From Actinomycetota bacterium (GTDB lineage: Bacteria; Actinomycetota; Humimicrobiia; Humimicrobiales; Humimicrobiaceae): a stretch of DNA of 33,002 nucleotides. The DNA lies in the NCBI GenBank assembly GCA_028695395.1, contig JAQVJB010000004.1, positions 1 to 33,002 of the forward strand, given 5' to 3'. A program made the translations under genes and the position numbers. Below are positions 1 through 8,980 of the stretch, piece by piece (position 1 is the first letter of the stretch; every line of letters begins with the position of its first letter). The notes beneath the pieces were generated by a model. The model did not search any database and had not been told where the DNA came from. It saw only the letters and a list, made by a program, of their open reading frames with translations.

Positions 1-1003
1 CATCTAGCAGCTCTTTGAGCTCCAGATTGCTTTTTGTTCTGATGTAATTACCATTTATCCAATTTAACTTATCAATATCAAATATTGCTGGATTTTTTGA
101 TACATCCTTTAATTTGAATTTCTTGAAGATGTTACTTAAGGCAAAAAACTCCTCTCCGTCTTTGGGAGCCCATGAAAGCAGAGAAAGGTAATTCACAATT
201 GCTTCTTTAAGATAACCTTCTTCCCTGTACTGCGTAATTGTAGTGGCGCCATGCCTTTTGCTTAATTTTGAACCATCTTTTCCTAAAATCATTGAAAGAT
301 GTGCAAATTCAGGTATATCATAAGCAAGGCTTTTAAAAAGCATTATCTGCCTTGCAGTATTTGTTATATGGTCTTCTCCGCGCAAAACATGCGATATTCC
401 CATGTCATTATCATCAATTACTACTGCAAAGTTATAAGAAGGAGTCCCGTCTGATTTGATAAGCACAAAATCGCTTATCACATTTGAAATAAATTTAATC
501 TCGCCTCTTATTAAATCATTGAATATTATCTCACCAGGTTCAACTTTGTATCTTATCGTATATGCTTTTTTTTCTTTTAGATTTTTCCCTATCTCTTCTT
601 CTTTAAGATCACGGCATTTATTATCATAACCGGTAGGTCTTCCTTCCGAAATCAGAGATTCTTTAAGATTATCCAGCCTTTCAGGGCTGCAGAAGCATCT
701 ATATGCTTTTTTTTCTGAAACTAGTCTTTCTGCTTCCCTTAAGTAAATATCGAGTCTTTCGCTTTGACGGTAAAATTCATCCCAGTCAAGCTCCATCCAT
801 TTTAAATCATTAATTATCGAATTCTCAAATGCCTTATTAGATCTTTTCAAGTCGGTATCTTCTATTCTTAAGATAAGCTTTCCGCCCATGCTTCTGGCTG
901 CTAACCAGTTGAACAATGCTGTCCTTGCAGTTCCTATGTGCAGCCCTCCTGTTGGAGAGGGTGCAAACCTGAATCTTATTTCTTTTTTATTTTTTATTTC
1001 CAT
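1..1003 (-). CDS. gltX: Glutamate--tRNA ligase (5' part; C-terminus lies beyond the left window edge)
   Basis: Not in the ORF track because it runs off the edge. My translation of the minus strand from ATG at 1003-1001 gives MEIKNKKEIRFRFAPSPTGGLHIGTARTALFNW..RIEDTDLKRS..ISHVLRGEDHITNT..KLSKRHG, i.e. class I HIGH and KMSKS-type motifs typical of GltX. The frame stays open to position 1. Position after ispD-ispF matches the Firmicutes-type order. Confidence 0.9.
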   Translation of the reverse strand, partial: MEIKNKKEIRFRFAPSPTGGLHIGTARTALFNWLAARSMGGKLILRIEDTDLKRSNKAFENSIINDLKWMELDWDEFYRQSERLDIYLREAERLVSEKKAYRCFCSPERLDNLKESLISEGRPTGYDNKCRDLKEEEIGKNLKEKKAYTIRYKVEPGEIIFNDLIRGEIKFISNVISDFVLIKSDGTPSYNFAVVIDDNDMGISHVLRGEDHITNTARQIMLFKSLAYDIPEFAHLSMILGKDGSKLSKRHGATTITQYREEGYLKEAIVNYLSLLSWAPKDGEEFFALSNIFKKFKLKDVSKNPAIFDIDKLNWINGNYIRTKSNLELKELLD

Positions 1004-1087
1004 TTACCAAACCCAAATAATATGTTTTCTGCAATAATAATCATCTAAAATAAAAAAATTGACATAATCAATTATTGAAAATATTCA

Positions 1088-1573
1088 CTATATTTTTCTA
1101 ATTTTTTCGAGCAACACCACGCTTTGAGCAGCAATTCCCTCTTCTCTTCCGCAAAAACCAAGCCCCTCAGTAGTAGTTGCTTTTATGTTTATTGTATTTA
1201 ATTCTGTTTCAAGTATTGTAAAAAGCTTTTCTCTTATTCTCTGGATATAGGGCGCTATTTTCGGTTTTTCAAGAATCAGTATATTATCACAATTAACTAT
1301 TCGATAACCACACTCTTTCATCAAAACCATTACTTTTTCAAGCAAGATAGTACTAGAGATATCTTTGTAAGCAATATCATTATCTGGAAAATGCATGCCT
1401 ATATCACCAAGGCAGCAGGCGCCCAGAATTGCATCATTTATTGAATGAATAAGGACATCTGCGTCTGAATGGCCAGCCAATCCTTTACTGTAATCTATCT
1501 TGACGCCTCCAAGTATGAGTGGCCTGCCTTCTGTAAATCTATGCACATCATAACCTATTCCTATTCTATGCAT
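1088..1573 (-). CDS. ispF: 2-C-methyl-D-erythritol 2,4-cyclodiphosphate synthase
   Basis: 161 aa. N-terminal IGIGYDVHRF and HSDADVLIHS motifs (zinc/substrate ligands of IspF). Typical length. Immediately downstream of ispD. Confidence 0.95.
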   Translation of the reverse strand: MHRIGIGYDVHRFTEGRPLILGGVKIDYSKGLAGHSDADVLIHSINDAILGACCLGDIGMHFPDNDIAYKDISSTILLEKVMVLMKECGYRIVNCDNILILEKPKIAPYIQRIREKLFTILETELNTINIKATTTEGLGFCGREEGIAAQSVVLLEKIRKI

Positions 1574-1590
1574 TTTTTAGTTTTTCCCTT

Positions 1591-2304
1591 TCAATGTATC
1601 CCATTTTTGGAAATAATGAGTTCTGCTAAAAATAAATCTATAGGAGTCGTTATTTTTATATTTTCATGGTTTCCCTTTATTATCTTAACTTTATAACCTA
1701 ATTTTTCAACAAGCATTGCATCATCAGTTGCAGGAGTATTATCTTTTTCTGCATAATCATATGCCTCTATAAGCACATCCTTAAAAAAAGTCTGGGGGGT
1801 CTGGGCATGATAGACAGTTTCCCTTGGTATGGTTTTTATGCAACCATCACTAAAATCTATTTGTTTTATTGTCTCATATGCAGGAGCTGCAAGAATAACC
1901 CCCTTGACATTTTTATCTTCCTTATTGAATTGTAAAAGCTTTTTAAAAAGCAAATCCACATCTGCTGAATAAATAAGAGGTCTTACACCATCATGGACTG
2001 ATATCATTTCACATTTATCCGGGATAAACTTCAAAGCATTGCTTACAGTCTCCTGCCTTGTCTCCCCACCTATTATCAGCCTGGTTACTTTATCAAAGCC
2101 GAATTTATTTATTATATTTTTTTTTGTATATTCAATATACTCAGCAGGAACAAGTATAAATATCTCGTCTACAAGTTTTGATTTCTGAAAAACATTAACA
2201 GTATGCGCAAGAATAGGTTTTCCGCATAACTTGATAAACTGTTTATTTATATCTGCCCTTAACCTTGTACCTTTACCCGCAGCTGTGATTATTCCAAGAT
2301 TCAT
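1591..2304 (-). CDS. ispD: 2-C-methyl-D-erythritol 4-phosphate cytidylyltransferase
   Basis: 237 aa. N-terminal IITAAGKGTRL nucleotidyltransferase P-loop-like motif and IspD-like length. Start overlaps the stop of the upstream gene by 1 nt (TAATG). Confidence 0.93.
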   Translation of the reverse strand: MNLGIITAAGKGTRLRADINKQFIKLCGKPILAHTVNVFQKSKLVDEIFILVPAEYIEYTKKNIINKFGFDKVTRLIIGGETRQETVSNALKFIPDKCEMISVHDGVRPLIYSADVDLLFKKLLQFNKEDKNVKGVILAAPAYETIKQIDFSDGCIKTIPRETVYHAQTPQTFFKDVLIEAYDYAEKDNTPATDDAMLVEKLGYKVKIIKGNHENIKITTPIDLFLAELIISKNGIH

Positions 2305-3407
2305 TACTCTCCATTTGCTGCTTTTGAAAAAATCATCCGGCCTGCCGGAGTCTGAAGAATTCCAGTAATTAAAATATCTATTTCCTTTCCAACCAGTCTT
2401 TTACCGCCTTCGATGACAATCATCGTGCCATCTTCCAGATAAGCTACTCCCTGTTCTTTTTCTTTACCTTCCTTGATAACCTCGACCTTCATTTTTTCCC
2501 CTGGAAGCACTACAAGCTTCAAAGCATTCTGGAGGTCATTAATATTAAGGACTGCAATACCTTTAAGGTTAGCGACTTTATTAAGATTATAGTCTGAAGT
2601 TACAATAATTGCCTCAAGTTCTTTTGCAAGCAAAATCAATTTTGAATCTACGCTATTATTTTCTGCAAAATCTTTTTCCAGAAACTTAATATTAAGTTTT
2701 TTATTATCCCTGAGTCTCTGAAGTATATCCAATCCGCTGCGGCCTTTTAATCTTTTGAGATTATCGGAAGAATCTGCAATACCCTGTAATTCATTTACGA
2801 TAAAGCCTGGTATGATAATTTCTCCTTCAATAAAGCCGGCAATTATAATATCAGCTATTCTTCCATCTATTATCGAACTGGTATCAAGTAACTTAGGCTT
2901 GGCATTAACTCTATCAATACTCTTGGCTTTACCTTGAATATCTATATATCCTTTTTCTGATTTTTCTTTTTTATTTAATTTAAAAATAGTCACAAGCAGT
3001 TCTTTATTCCTCAGTGCGAGTATTATCCCTGCATAAGAAAAAACAAGGACAAGAAAAATAGGTATGAATATCCCGACAAAAGGAATAGACCTTAAAGCAA
3101 TCGATACGAGAAGAGCTAAAACTATCCCTGTCGTAAGGCCAAGAAGCCCGATTATAAGATTATTACCAGGAATATCCTTAACTCTTTTATCTATTTCAGT
3201 AACATCTTTTATAATGCGACGGCCTATCAATGTACCGAATAAATAACCTAAAAATGCAAAAAATATGATTCCGACAAATTGTCCTATTAATAAAAAATTA
3301 CCTTTAAGGTAATCTGTTAAGAAAATATTTACCAAATAATATCCGGCACCAGCGCCAACGATTAAAAAAACTACTTTAAATATGAGCAAAACCATAAAAC
3401 CCACCAA
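2304..3407 (-). CDS. yacL: PIN/TRAM-domain integral membrane protein (YacL-like)
   Basis: 367 aa. About four N-terminal hydrophobic helices, then a PIN-like region (LLDTSSIIDGRI) and a C-terminal TRAM-like beta region. Same size and same disA-yacL-ispD position as B. subtilis YacL. Confidence 0.8.
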   Translation of the reverse strand: MVGFMVLLIFKVVFLIVGAGAGYYLVNIFLTDYLKGNFLLIGQFVGIIFFAFLGYLFGTLIGRRIIKDVTEIDKRVKDIPGNNLIIGLLGLTTGIVLALLVSIALRSIPFVGIFIPIFLVLVFSYAGIILALRNKELLVTIFKLNKKEKSEKGYIDIQGKAKSIDRVNAKPKLLDTSSIIDGRIADIIIAGFIEGEIIIPGFIVNELQGIADSSDNLKRLKGRSGLDILQRLRDNKKLNIKFLEKDFAENNSVDSKLILLAKELEAIIVTSDYNLNKVANLKGIAVLNINDLQNALKLVVLPGEKMKVEVIKEGKEKEQGVAYLEDGTMIVIEGGKRLVGKEIDILITGILQTPAGRMIFSKAANGE

Positions 3408-3420
3408 TATTATTTTAATT

Positions 3421-4530
3421 TTATAAATTTATCTTGTTTTCCAATCCTCCCTTTCCATTATATATTTCATTATAAAAATAATACTCGGAATATTTCTTAA
3501 GCCTATCATAAAAAGTTTTAGCTTTAATCTTGCCCAATCCGTTTACATTTGCAAGGTCTTCTACATCTGCTTCCATAATATTCTTAAGATTCTTAAAATT
3601 ATTGATTACATTATTAACTATCCCCTGCGGTAATCTTATGACTTCGGAAATTATCCTATAGCCCCTTGCATGCACATTATGCTCAATCGGATTATCTTCT
3701 TTATTATAGCCTAAAAATTCTATTATGGATTCCAGGTCAGAAATCTCATCCGATTCCATGCTAAGTATTTTATCCTTTAGCTTTAAAGGTTCTGTTTTAA
3801 CATCTTCAGTAATATAATCTTTAATTATTTTTATATAATTGTCCTCAACATTATCCATTAATTCAGCAATCTGCATTTTAAGAAGCCTGCCGTCTGTGCC
3901 AAGTTCAGTAATATATTTATTGACTTCTTTTGCTGTCTTGTGGACAATAATAGCTTTTTGAAAAACACTGGCCACATCAAAAAGCGTTACTATCCCTTCA
4001 AGTTCTCTGACAGTGAGATTCTGAAGCAGTTGGTTAAGTCCGGTTTTAAATTTTTCCAGTGTCTGCAGAGCCTGATTAGCTTTAGATAATATGATTCTTG
4101 GTTCTTCAAGAATATATTTAATGTTTTCAATATATAAAGTAACTGCATCACGTTTTTGGGAAATAGATATTACAAGCTCTTTTGTTTGTTTTGCAGTCCT
4201 TTCGGCAGTTATATGCCTTGTTCCTGTTTCAGAAGTAGAAATATCAGGATCAGGGAAAAGATGGGTATTTGCATATAATATTCTTTTTGTATCTGAGCTT
4301 AGTATAATAGCCCCATCCATTTTTGCAAGCTCATAAAGCTTGGCAGGTCCATAATTACAACCGATATAAAATCCGCCATTTGCAATTTTTAGGACTGCTT
4401 CCGAGTCGCCCAATACCAGAAGAGCACCAGTCTTAGCCTGGAGTATATATTCTATTCCAAGCCTGAGATCTGTCCCCGGTGCCACTCTTTTAAGGCATTT
4501 TAGGAGAAGCTCTTCTTCTTTTATATTCAT
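3421..4530 (-). CDS. disA: DNA integrity scanning protein DisA (diadenylate cyclase)
   Basis: 369 aa. DAC domain with DGA (aa 72-74) and GTRHITAERTAKQT (aa 102-115), a helical linker, and a C-terminal helix-hairpin-helix (NVNGLGKIKAKT). The usual RHR motif reads RHI here (see findings). Confidence 0.9.
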   Translation of the reverse strand: MNIKEEELLLKCLKRVAPGTDLRLGIEYILQAKTGALLVLGDSEAVLKIANGGFYIGCNYGPAKLYELAKMDGAIILSSDTKRILYANTHLFPDPDISTSETGTRHITAERTAKQTKELVISISQKRDAVTLYIENIKYILEEPRIILSKANQALQTLEKFKTGLNQLLQNLTVRELEGIVTLFDVASVFQKAIIVHKTAKEVNKYITELGTDGRLLKMQIAELMDNVEDNYIKIIKDYITEDVKTEPLKLKDKILSMESDEISDLESIIEFLGYNKEDNPIEHNVHARGYRIISEVIRLPQGIVNNVINNFKNLKNIMEADVEDLANVNGLGKIKAKTFYDRLKKYSEYYFYNEIYNGKGGLENKINL

Positions 4531-4646
4531 CTTAAAAAAAATTAAACGCTTTTTATATAATAATTAATAAATAATATTTAAAAGTTAATTACAGATATTA
4601 ATAATACAATAAATCAAATAATAAGTAATAATAAAATTATTTATAA

Positions 4647-7118
4647 CTATACTTTTAATGTCGATTTAAAGAATTCATCAATATCAAATTTAAGCATATC
4701 CTCTTCAACATTAATCCTTATATTGCTGCCTGGTTTTATTTCCCCAAGTATTATTTTTTCAGATATAGGGTCTTCTATCAAAGCCTGGATAGCTCTTCTC
4801 ATAGGCCTTGCACCCATCACAGGATCAAAACCCTTATCAATAAGCAAATCCTTTGCAGATACTGTCAATTCAAGATTAATACCCTGGTTTTCAAGCTGAT
4901 TTTGAATTCTTGCAATCATTAAATCTATGATTTTGTATACTTCATCTTTTTTAAGTTTATGGAATACAATGATCTCATCAAGCCTGTTTAGAAACTCTGG
5001 TTTAAATGTATTTTTTAGCTCGCTAAGCACCTTATTTTTGATTTCATTATAAGATATTTCCTCATTATCGTTTTTCTGAAAACCGAATGGATTATTTTTC
5101 TGTATCTCTTTTGCGCCCAGGTTTGATGTCATAATTATAACAGTGTTCTTAAAATCAACTCTTTTGCCCTGTGAATCAGTAAGATGGCCGTCTTCAAATA
5201 TCTGAAGAAGTATATTAAATACATCAGGATGCGCTTTTTCAATTTCATCTAAAAGTATTACGCTATAAGGTTTCCTCCTTATAATCTCAGTCAGCTGTCC
5301 TCCTTCATCATATCCCACATATCCGGGAGGCGAACCGACAAGCTTGGATACTGAATGTTTCTCCATATATTCGGACATATCGACCTGAATAAGTGATTCT
5401 TCCTTGCCAAACAAAAATTCAGCAATAGTTTTCGCTAGTTCGGTCTTACCGACTCCTGAAGGCCCTAGAAACATAAATGAACCTATGGGTCTTTTTGGAT
5501 CTTTAAGGCCTGATCTGGAACGTCGTATTGCCTTTGATACAGTAATAATTGCTTCATCCTGTCCTATAACTCTTTCATGCAGACTATCCTCCATATGCAT
5601 AAGTCTTTCTGTCTCTTTTTCAGTCATCTTGTACACGGGGACGCCGGTCCAGCTTGAAAGCACTTCGGCTATCTCATTTTCATCAACTTTTTCTTTCCCT
5701 GATTTTTCCAGCCGTTTCCAGGATTCAGTTATTTCATTTTTTTCCTTAAGCAGTTTTTTTTCTCTATCCCTTAATTCGGCAGCTTTTTCAAAATCCTGGT
5801 TTTCAATAGCAGATTCTTTTTCATTTATTACATTGATTATTTTTAAATCTATTTCTTTTAAATTTGGAGGTGTCATTATTGTTCTGATCCTGACTCTTGA
5901 AGCTGCTTCGTCTATAAGATCTATAGCTTTATCAGGGAGAAATCTGTCCGAGATATATCGCTGTGATAATTTAGCTGCAGCGATTATGGCATCTTCGGTA
6001 ATAGTAATGCCATGAAAGTTTTCGTATCTTTCCTTTATTCCTCTAAGTATTTCTATTGTTTCATATATTGAAGGCTCGTCAACATAAATAGGCTGGAATC
6101 TTCTTTCAAGTGCCTTGTCTTTTTCGATATATTTTCTGAACTCAGTTATGGTTGTTGCGCCAATTGTCTGAATTTCACCTCTTGCAAGCATGGGTTTTAA
6201 GATACTTGCTGCATCTATAGCTCCTTCTGCGGCTCCGGCACCGACAAGATTATGTACTTCGTCAATAAAAATAATTACTTCGCCATCATCTTTTATTTCT
6301 GCAAGTACTTTCTTTAACCTTTCCTCAAAATCCCCCCTGTATCTTGAGCCAGCTATGAGAGAACCGAGGTCTAAGGTAAATATTCTTTTATTCTGCAGAT
6401 TTGCCGGTACCTCTTTTGTTGCAATATACTGCACAAGGCCCTCGACAATAGCTGTTTTGCCTACGCCGGATTCCCCGATAAGTATGGGGTTGTTTTTTGT
6501 TCTCCTTGAAAGTATCTGCATTAACCTTTCTATTTCTTTTTCCCTTCCGACAACAGGGTCAAGTTTACCTTCGGCTGCCAGACCTGATAAATCTTTTCCA
6601 TACTGGCTAAGTGTTTTCAGTATTTTTTTCTGTGCTTTTGAGCTTGAAATATTATCATTCGCAGAGTAAAAAGGATACTTTCTCAGCACTTCTTTTATTA
6701 CCTCTTTGGTATTGTCAAGATTGATCCCCATGCTGTTTAAAACTCGTGCAGCTACTCCCTCGCCTTCTCTTAAAAGCCCGAGTAAAATATGCTCGGTGCC
6801 TATATAATTATGGCCCATCTGCAAAGCTTCTCTTAAAGATAGCTCAAGGACTTTCTTAGCTCTTGGCGTAAAAGGAATGTGTTCATAGGAATCAGAAGAC
6901 CCTTCAGTAACAACTGCTTTCACGGCTAGTTTTATTTCTTCGCCTGAAAAACCCATTTCAAGCAGAACTTTTGAAGCTATCCCCTCATGCTCGTCAAGAA
7001 GGCCGAGAAGAATATGTTCTGTCCCTATATAATTCTGTTTTAAGAACCTTGCTTCATCCTGTGCTTTTACGACAACTTTTCTGGCTCTCTCTGTAAATCT
7101 TTCAAACATTTTTACCAC
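4647..7118 (-). CDS. clpC: ATP-dependent Clp protease ATP-binding subunit ClpC
   Basis: 823 aa. Duplicated Clp_N repeats. Two AAA+ modules with Walker A GESGVGKT and GPSGVGKT. Short M-domain with UVR-like FEKAAELRDREKK (ClpC-type rather than ClpB-type). The likely true start is the MFERFTERA methionine at 7109, three codons inside the track ORF. Confidence 0.93.
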   Translation of the reverse strand: MVKMFERFTERARKVVVKAQDEARFLKQNYIGTEHILLGLLDEHEGIASKVLLEMGFSGEEIKLAVKAVVTEGSSDSYEHIPFTPRAKKVLELSLREALQMGHNYIGTEHILLGLLREGEGVAARVLNSMGINLDNTKEVIKEVLRKYPFYSANDNISSSKAQKKILKTLSQYGKDLSGLAAEGKLDPVVGREKEIERLMQILSRRTKNNPILIGESGVGKTAIVEGLVQYIATKEVPANLQNKRIFTLDLGSLIAGSRYRGDFEERLKKVLAEIKDDGEVIIFIDEVHNLVGAGAAEGAIDAASILKPMLARGEIQTIGATTITEFRKYIEKDKALERRFQPIYVDEPSIYETIEILRGIKERYENFHGITITEDAIIAAAKLSQRYISDRFLPDKAIDLIDEAASRVRIRTIMTPPNLKEIDLKIINVINEKESAIENQDFEKAAELRDREKKLLKEKNEITESWKRLEKSGKEKVDENEIAEVLSSWTGVPVYKMTEKETERLMHMEDSLHERVIGQDEAIITVSKAIRRSRSGLKDPKRPIGSFMFLGPSGVGKTELAKTIAEFLFGKEESLIQVDMSEYMEKHSVSKLVGSPPGYVGYDEGGQLTEIIRRKPYSVILLDEIEKAHPDVFNILLQIFEDGHLTDSQGKRVDFKNTVIIMTSNLGAKEIQKNNPFGFQKNDNEEISYNEIKNKVLSELKNTFKPEFLNRLDEIIVFHKLKKDEVYKIIDLMIARIQNQLENQGINLELTVSAKDLLIDKGFDPVMGARPMRRAIQALIEDPISEKIILGEIKPGSNIRINVEEDMLKFDIDEFFKSTLKV

Positions 7119-8244
7119 CTTGATCCATTTTCCCGAAACTAGCTGGGTCTAAACCAGCAATATTATTCTTAAGTATTTCATCCCTTACGATGCATGCCCT
7201 TACAAAATCAATTTCGTCGATTGATGCTTTTTTATTTTTTATATGATTAAGCTCTATATTTGAATCAGTGATAAGGTCTATTAATTTATAGAAATTAAAA
7301 TTCTTTACTTCATCGATTATCTTCAAGTCTAATCCGAATTTAATAATCGAAAGCAGCTCTACGGCTTCTTCAAATGAAAGCACCTTGGCATATTTCAACA
7401 TTCCAAATGATCTGAATACACTGTCTTCTATTATAAAATTAATTTCAGAACTTATTTCCTTTTTTGCATTATTTTCTTCATCAATAATATTATGTGCTAT
7501 TGCATCAAGTTCTTCAATTATACTTTCCTCATTCTTGCCAAGTGTCACAAGATTTGAAATCCTGAATAAATTGCCTATTATTTCATTACTGTCTGTTATA
7601 TAACTGCTTACTCCATAACCTATCTGGTTTAAATTTTTTATAAAATCTATTATCCTGGTGCTTATTACAAGGGAAGGCAGGTGTGCCAGTATCTCTACCT
7701 TAAGACCTGTACCAAGAACAGAAGGGTTCGATGTGAGATAACCAAGATTCTGGCTGAATGAAAAACTTAATTTTTTCTCTAGCTTCTTTTCAATTTTTAT
7801 TACTTCCCTGTAACAGTCTTTTATTTTTATTCCCGCCATATGGCACTGTATTTTAAGATGCTCATCTTCATTGATTATTATTGCAGTAAGCTTCTTATTA
7901 TTCGCAAAACCTGATTTGAGGATTATTCCTTTGCCGGCAATCTTTTGAATCATCGAATCAGAAATCAAATGCTTGTCCATTAAAAGCTGCCTGTTTAGCC
8001 TTGGGATATCTCTTATGTAATAAAATTTAAAATTATTTAAAAATTTAATCGAACTTTTTGCTTCCTGAATCTGAAAAAGAATATTTTCCCTTTCAGTCCT
8101 GTCATTGGCTTCATTGAATTTATAACCTGAAACATTCCTGTAAAGGTATGCAGCACTATTCAATATGATATCCTGCTTTAACTGATTATCATATTTATAG
8201 CCTATATCTGTTAAACCTTTTAAATCTATGTCTCGGTCTTCCAT
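7102..8244 (-). CDS. mcsB: Protein arginine kinase McsB (ATP:guanido phosphotransferase family)
   Basis: 380 aa. Phosphagen-kinase-like core with the NEDEHLKIQ motif (compare NEEDHLRIQ). Lies between mcsA and clpC and overlaps the clpC start by 8-17 nt. Confidence 0.88.
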   Translation of the reverse strand: MEDRDIDLKGLTDIGYKYDNQLKQDIILNSAAYLYRNVSGYKFNEANDRTERENILFQIQEAKSSIKFLNNFKFYYIRDIPRLNRQLLMDKHLISDSMIQKIAGKGIILKSGFANNKKLTAIIINEDEHLKIQCHMAGIKIKDCYREVIKIEKKLEKKLSFSFSQNLGYLTSNPSVLGTGLKVEILAHLPSLVISTRIIDFIKNLNQIGYGVSSYITDSNEIIGNLFRISNLVTLGKNEESIIEELDAIAHNIIDEENNAKKEISSEINFIIEDSVFRSFGMLKYAKVLSFEEAVELLSIIKFGLDLKIIDEVKNFNFYKLIDLITDSNIELNHIKNKKASIDEIDFVRACIVRDEILKNNIAGLDPASFGKMDQGGKNV

Positions 8245-8820
8245 TTATTTCTTATTTCTCTTTACGGAAAGATGAAGCTGCTTCTGGAGACTTGTAATCT
8301 TATCCCTTAGCTTTGCAGCTTCTTCAAAATTTTCAATTATAATCTGCTCTTCAAGCTTGAATTTAAGGTCCTTAATCTTTTTTTCTATTTTAAGCCTTTT
8401 ATTGCAGTTTAAGGGAATCTTGCCTTTATGCTCTATGCCTGACTGAATTATTTTTATGAACGGTTTTAGCTCAAGCATGAAATCTTCATAACATTTCGAG
8501 CAGCCCAGTCTTCCTGATTTTTTCACCTGTGCAATAGTTGTGCCACAATTGCTGCATTTTTTATTCTCTCTTACATTTAAACTCAGCTCGTACTGATTTT
8601 GCCCTTCATCTGCAAAACCGCCATCTATCAAATTTCCTAAATCAATAGCCAACACATTAAGAAGAGAGCTTTCTTTCTGCTTATCATTTACAGTATCGTT
8701 TAAAAAAGAAAAATCTTTTATGCATTCCCTGCATAGATTCATCTTTTGAAGTTCACCATTATTGCCTACTGTAATAAAATGAATAAAAGCTTCATTTTTT
8801 CTGCAATTATCACAAATCAT
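8245..8820 (-). CDS. mcsA: McsA, zinc-finger/UVR-motif activator of McsB
   Basis: 191 aa. Four CxxC pairs (CDNC, CREC, CSNC, CSKC) and a C-terminal UVR motif FEEAAKLRDKITSLQ. Abuts the mcsB start with no gap. Confidence 0.8.
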   Translation of the reverse strand: MICDNCRKNEAFIHFITVGNNGELQKMNLCRECIKDFSFLNDTVNDKQKESSLLNVLAIDLGNLIDGGFADEGQNQYELSLNVRENKKCSNCGTTIAQVKKSGRLGCSKCYEDFMLELKPFIKIIQSGIEHKGKIPLNCNKRLKIEKKIKDLKFKLEEQIIIENFEEAAKLRDKITSLQKQLHLSVKRNKK

Positions 8821-8909
8821 TAAAACCTGCCTATTAAAAAACCAAAAATTACAAAAGTATTAATTTTTAAACAATTTGAACAAATAATTATACAATAAAT
8901 TACAAGCCG

Positions 8910-8918
8910 ATTATAGCA
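8910..8918 (-). promoter_or_regulatory. Extended -10 element (TGCTATAAT) upstream of mcsA
   Basis: The minus strand reads TGcTATAAT, about 90 nt upstream of the mcsA ATG and downstream of the lysS stop. There is no good -35, as is common for extended -10 promoters. Confidence 0.35.
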
Positions 8919-8980
8919 TTTTTGTTTACAAAATTTAAATTGGATAAAGACATTAAAAGATTATTATGTCTACTGGTAAA

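Noticed and set aside
1059-1087. TTGACA-containing sequence on the plus strand between gltX and ispF
   Set aside because: It points into the antisense of ispF with no downstream plus-strand gene and a poor -10, so it is probably fortuitous.
5404-6669. Two long plus-strand ORFs (203 aa and 159 aa) antisense to clpC
   Set aside because: They are Ser/Phe/Ile-rich low-complexity translations, as expected from reading a Lys/Glu-rich gene on the opposite strand. They have no SD or recognisable domain and lie entirely inside a well-supported gene.
8865-8884. GTTCAAA-TT-GTTTAAA direct repeat upstream of mcsA as a possible CtsR operator
   Set aside because: It does not fit the GGTCAAA-NAN-GGTCAAA consensus in sequence or spacing, no ctsR gene is present in the window, and it is easily explained by AT-rich background.
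8909-8919. Identical 11-mer GATTATAGCAT here and at 27071-27081, a possible dispersed repeat
   Set aside because: On the minus strand both read ATGCTATAATC, an extended -10 promoter consensus. The shared sequence is explained by promoter function, not by a repeat family.
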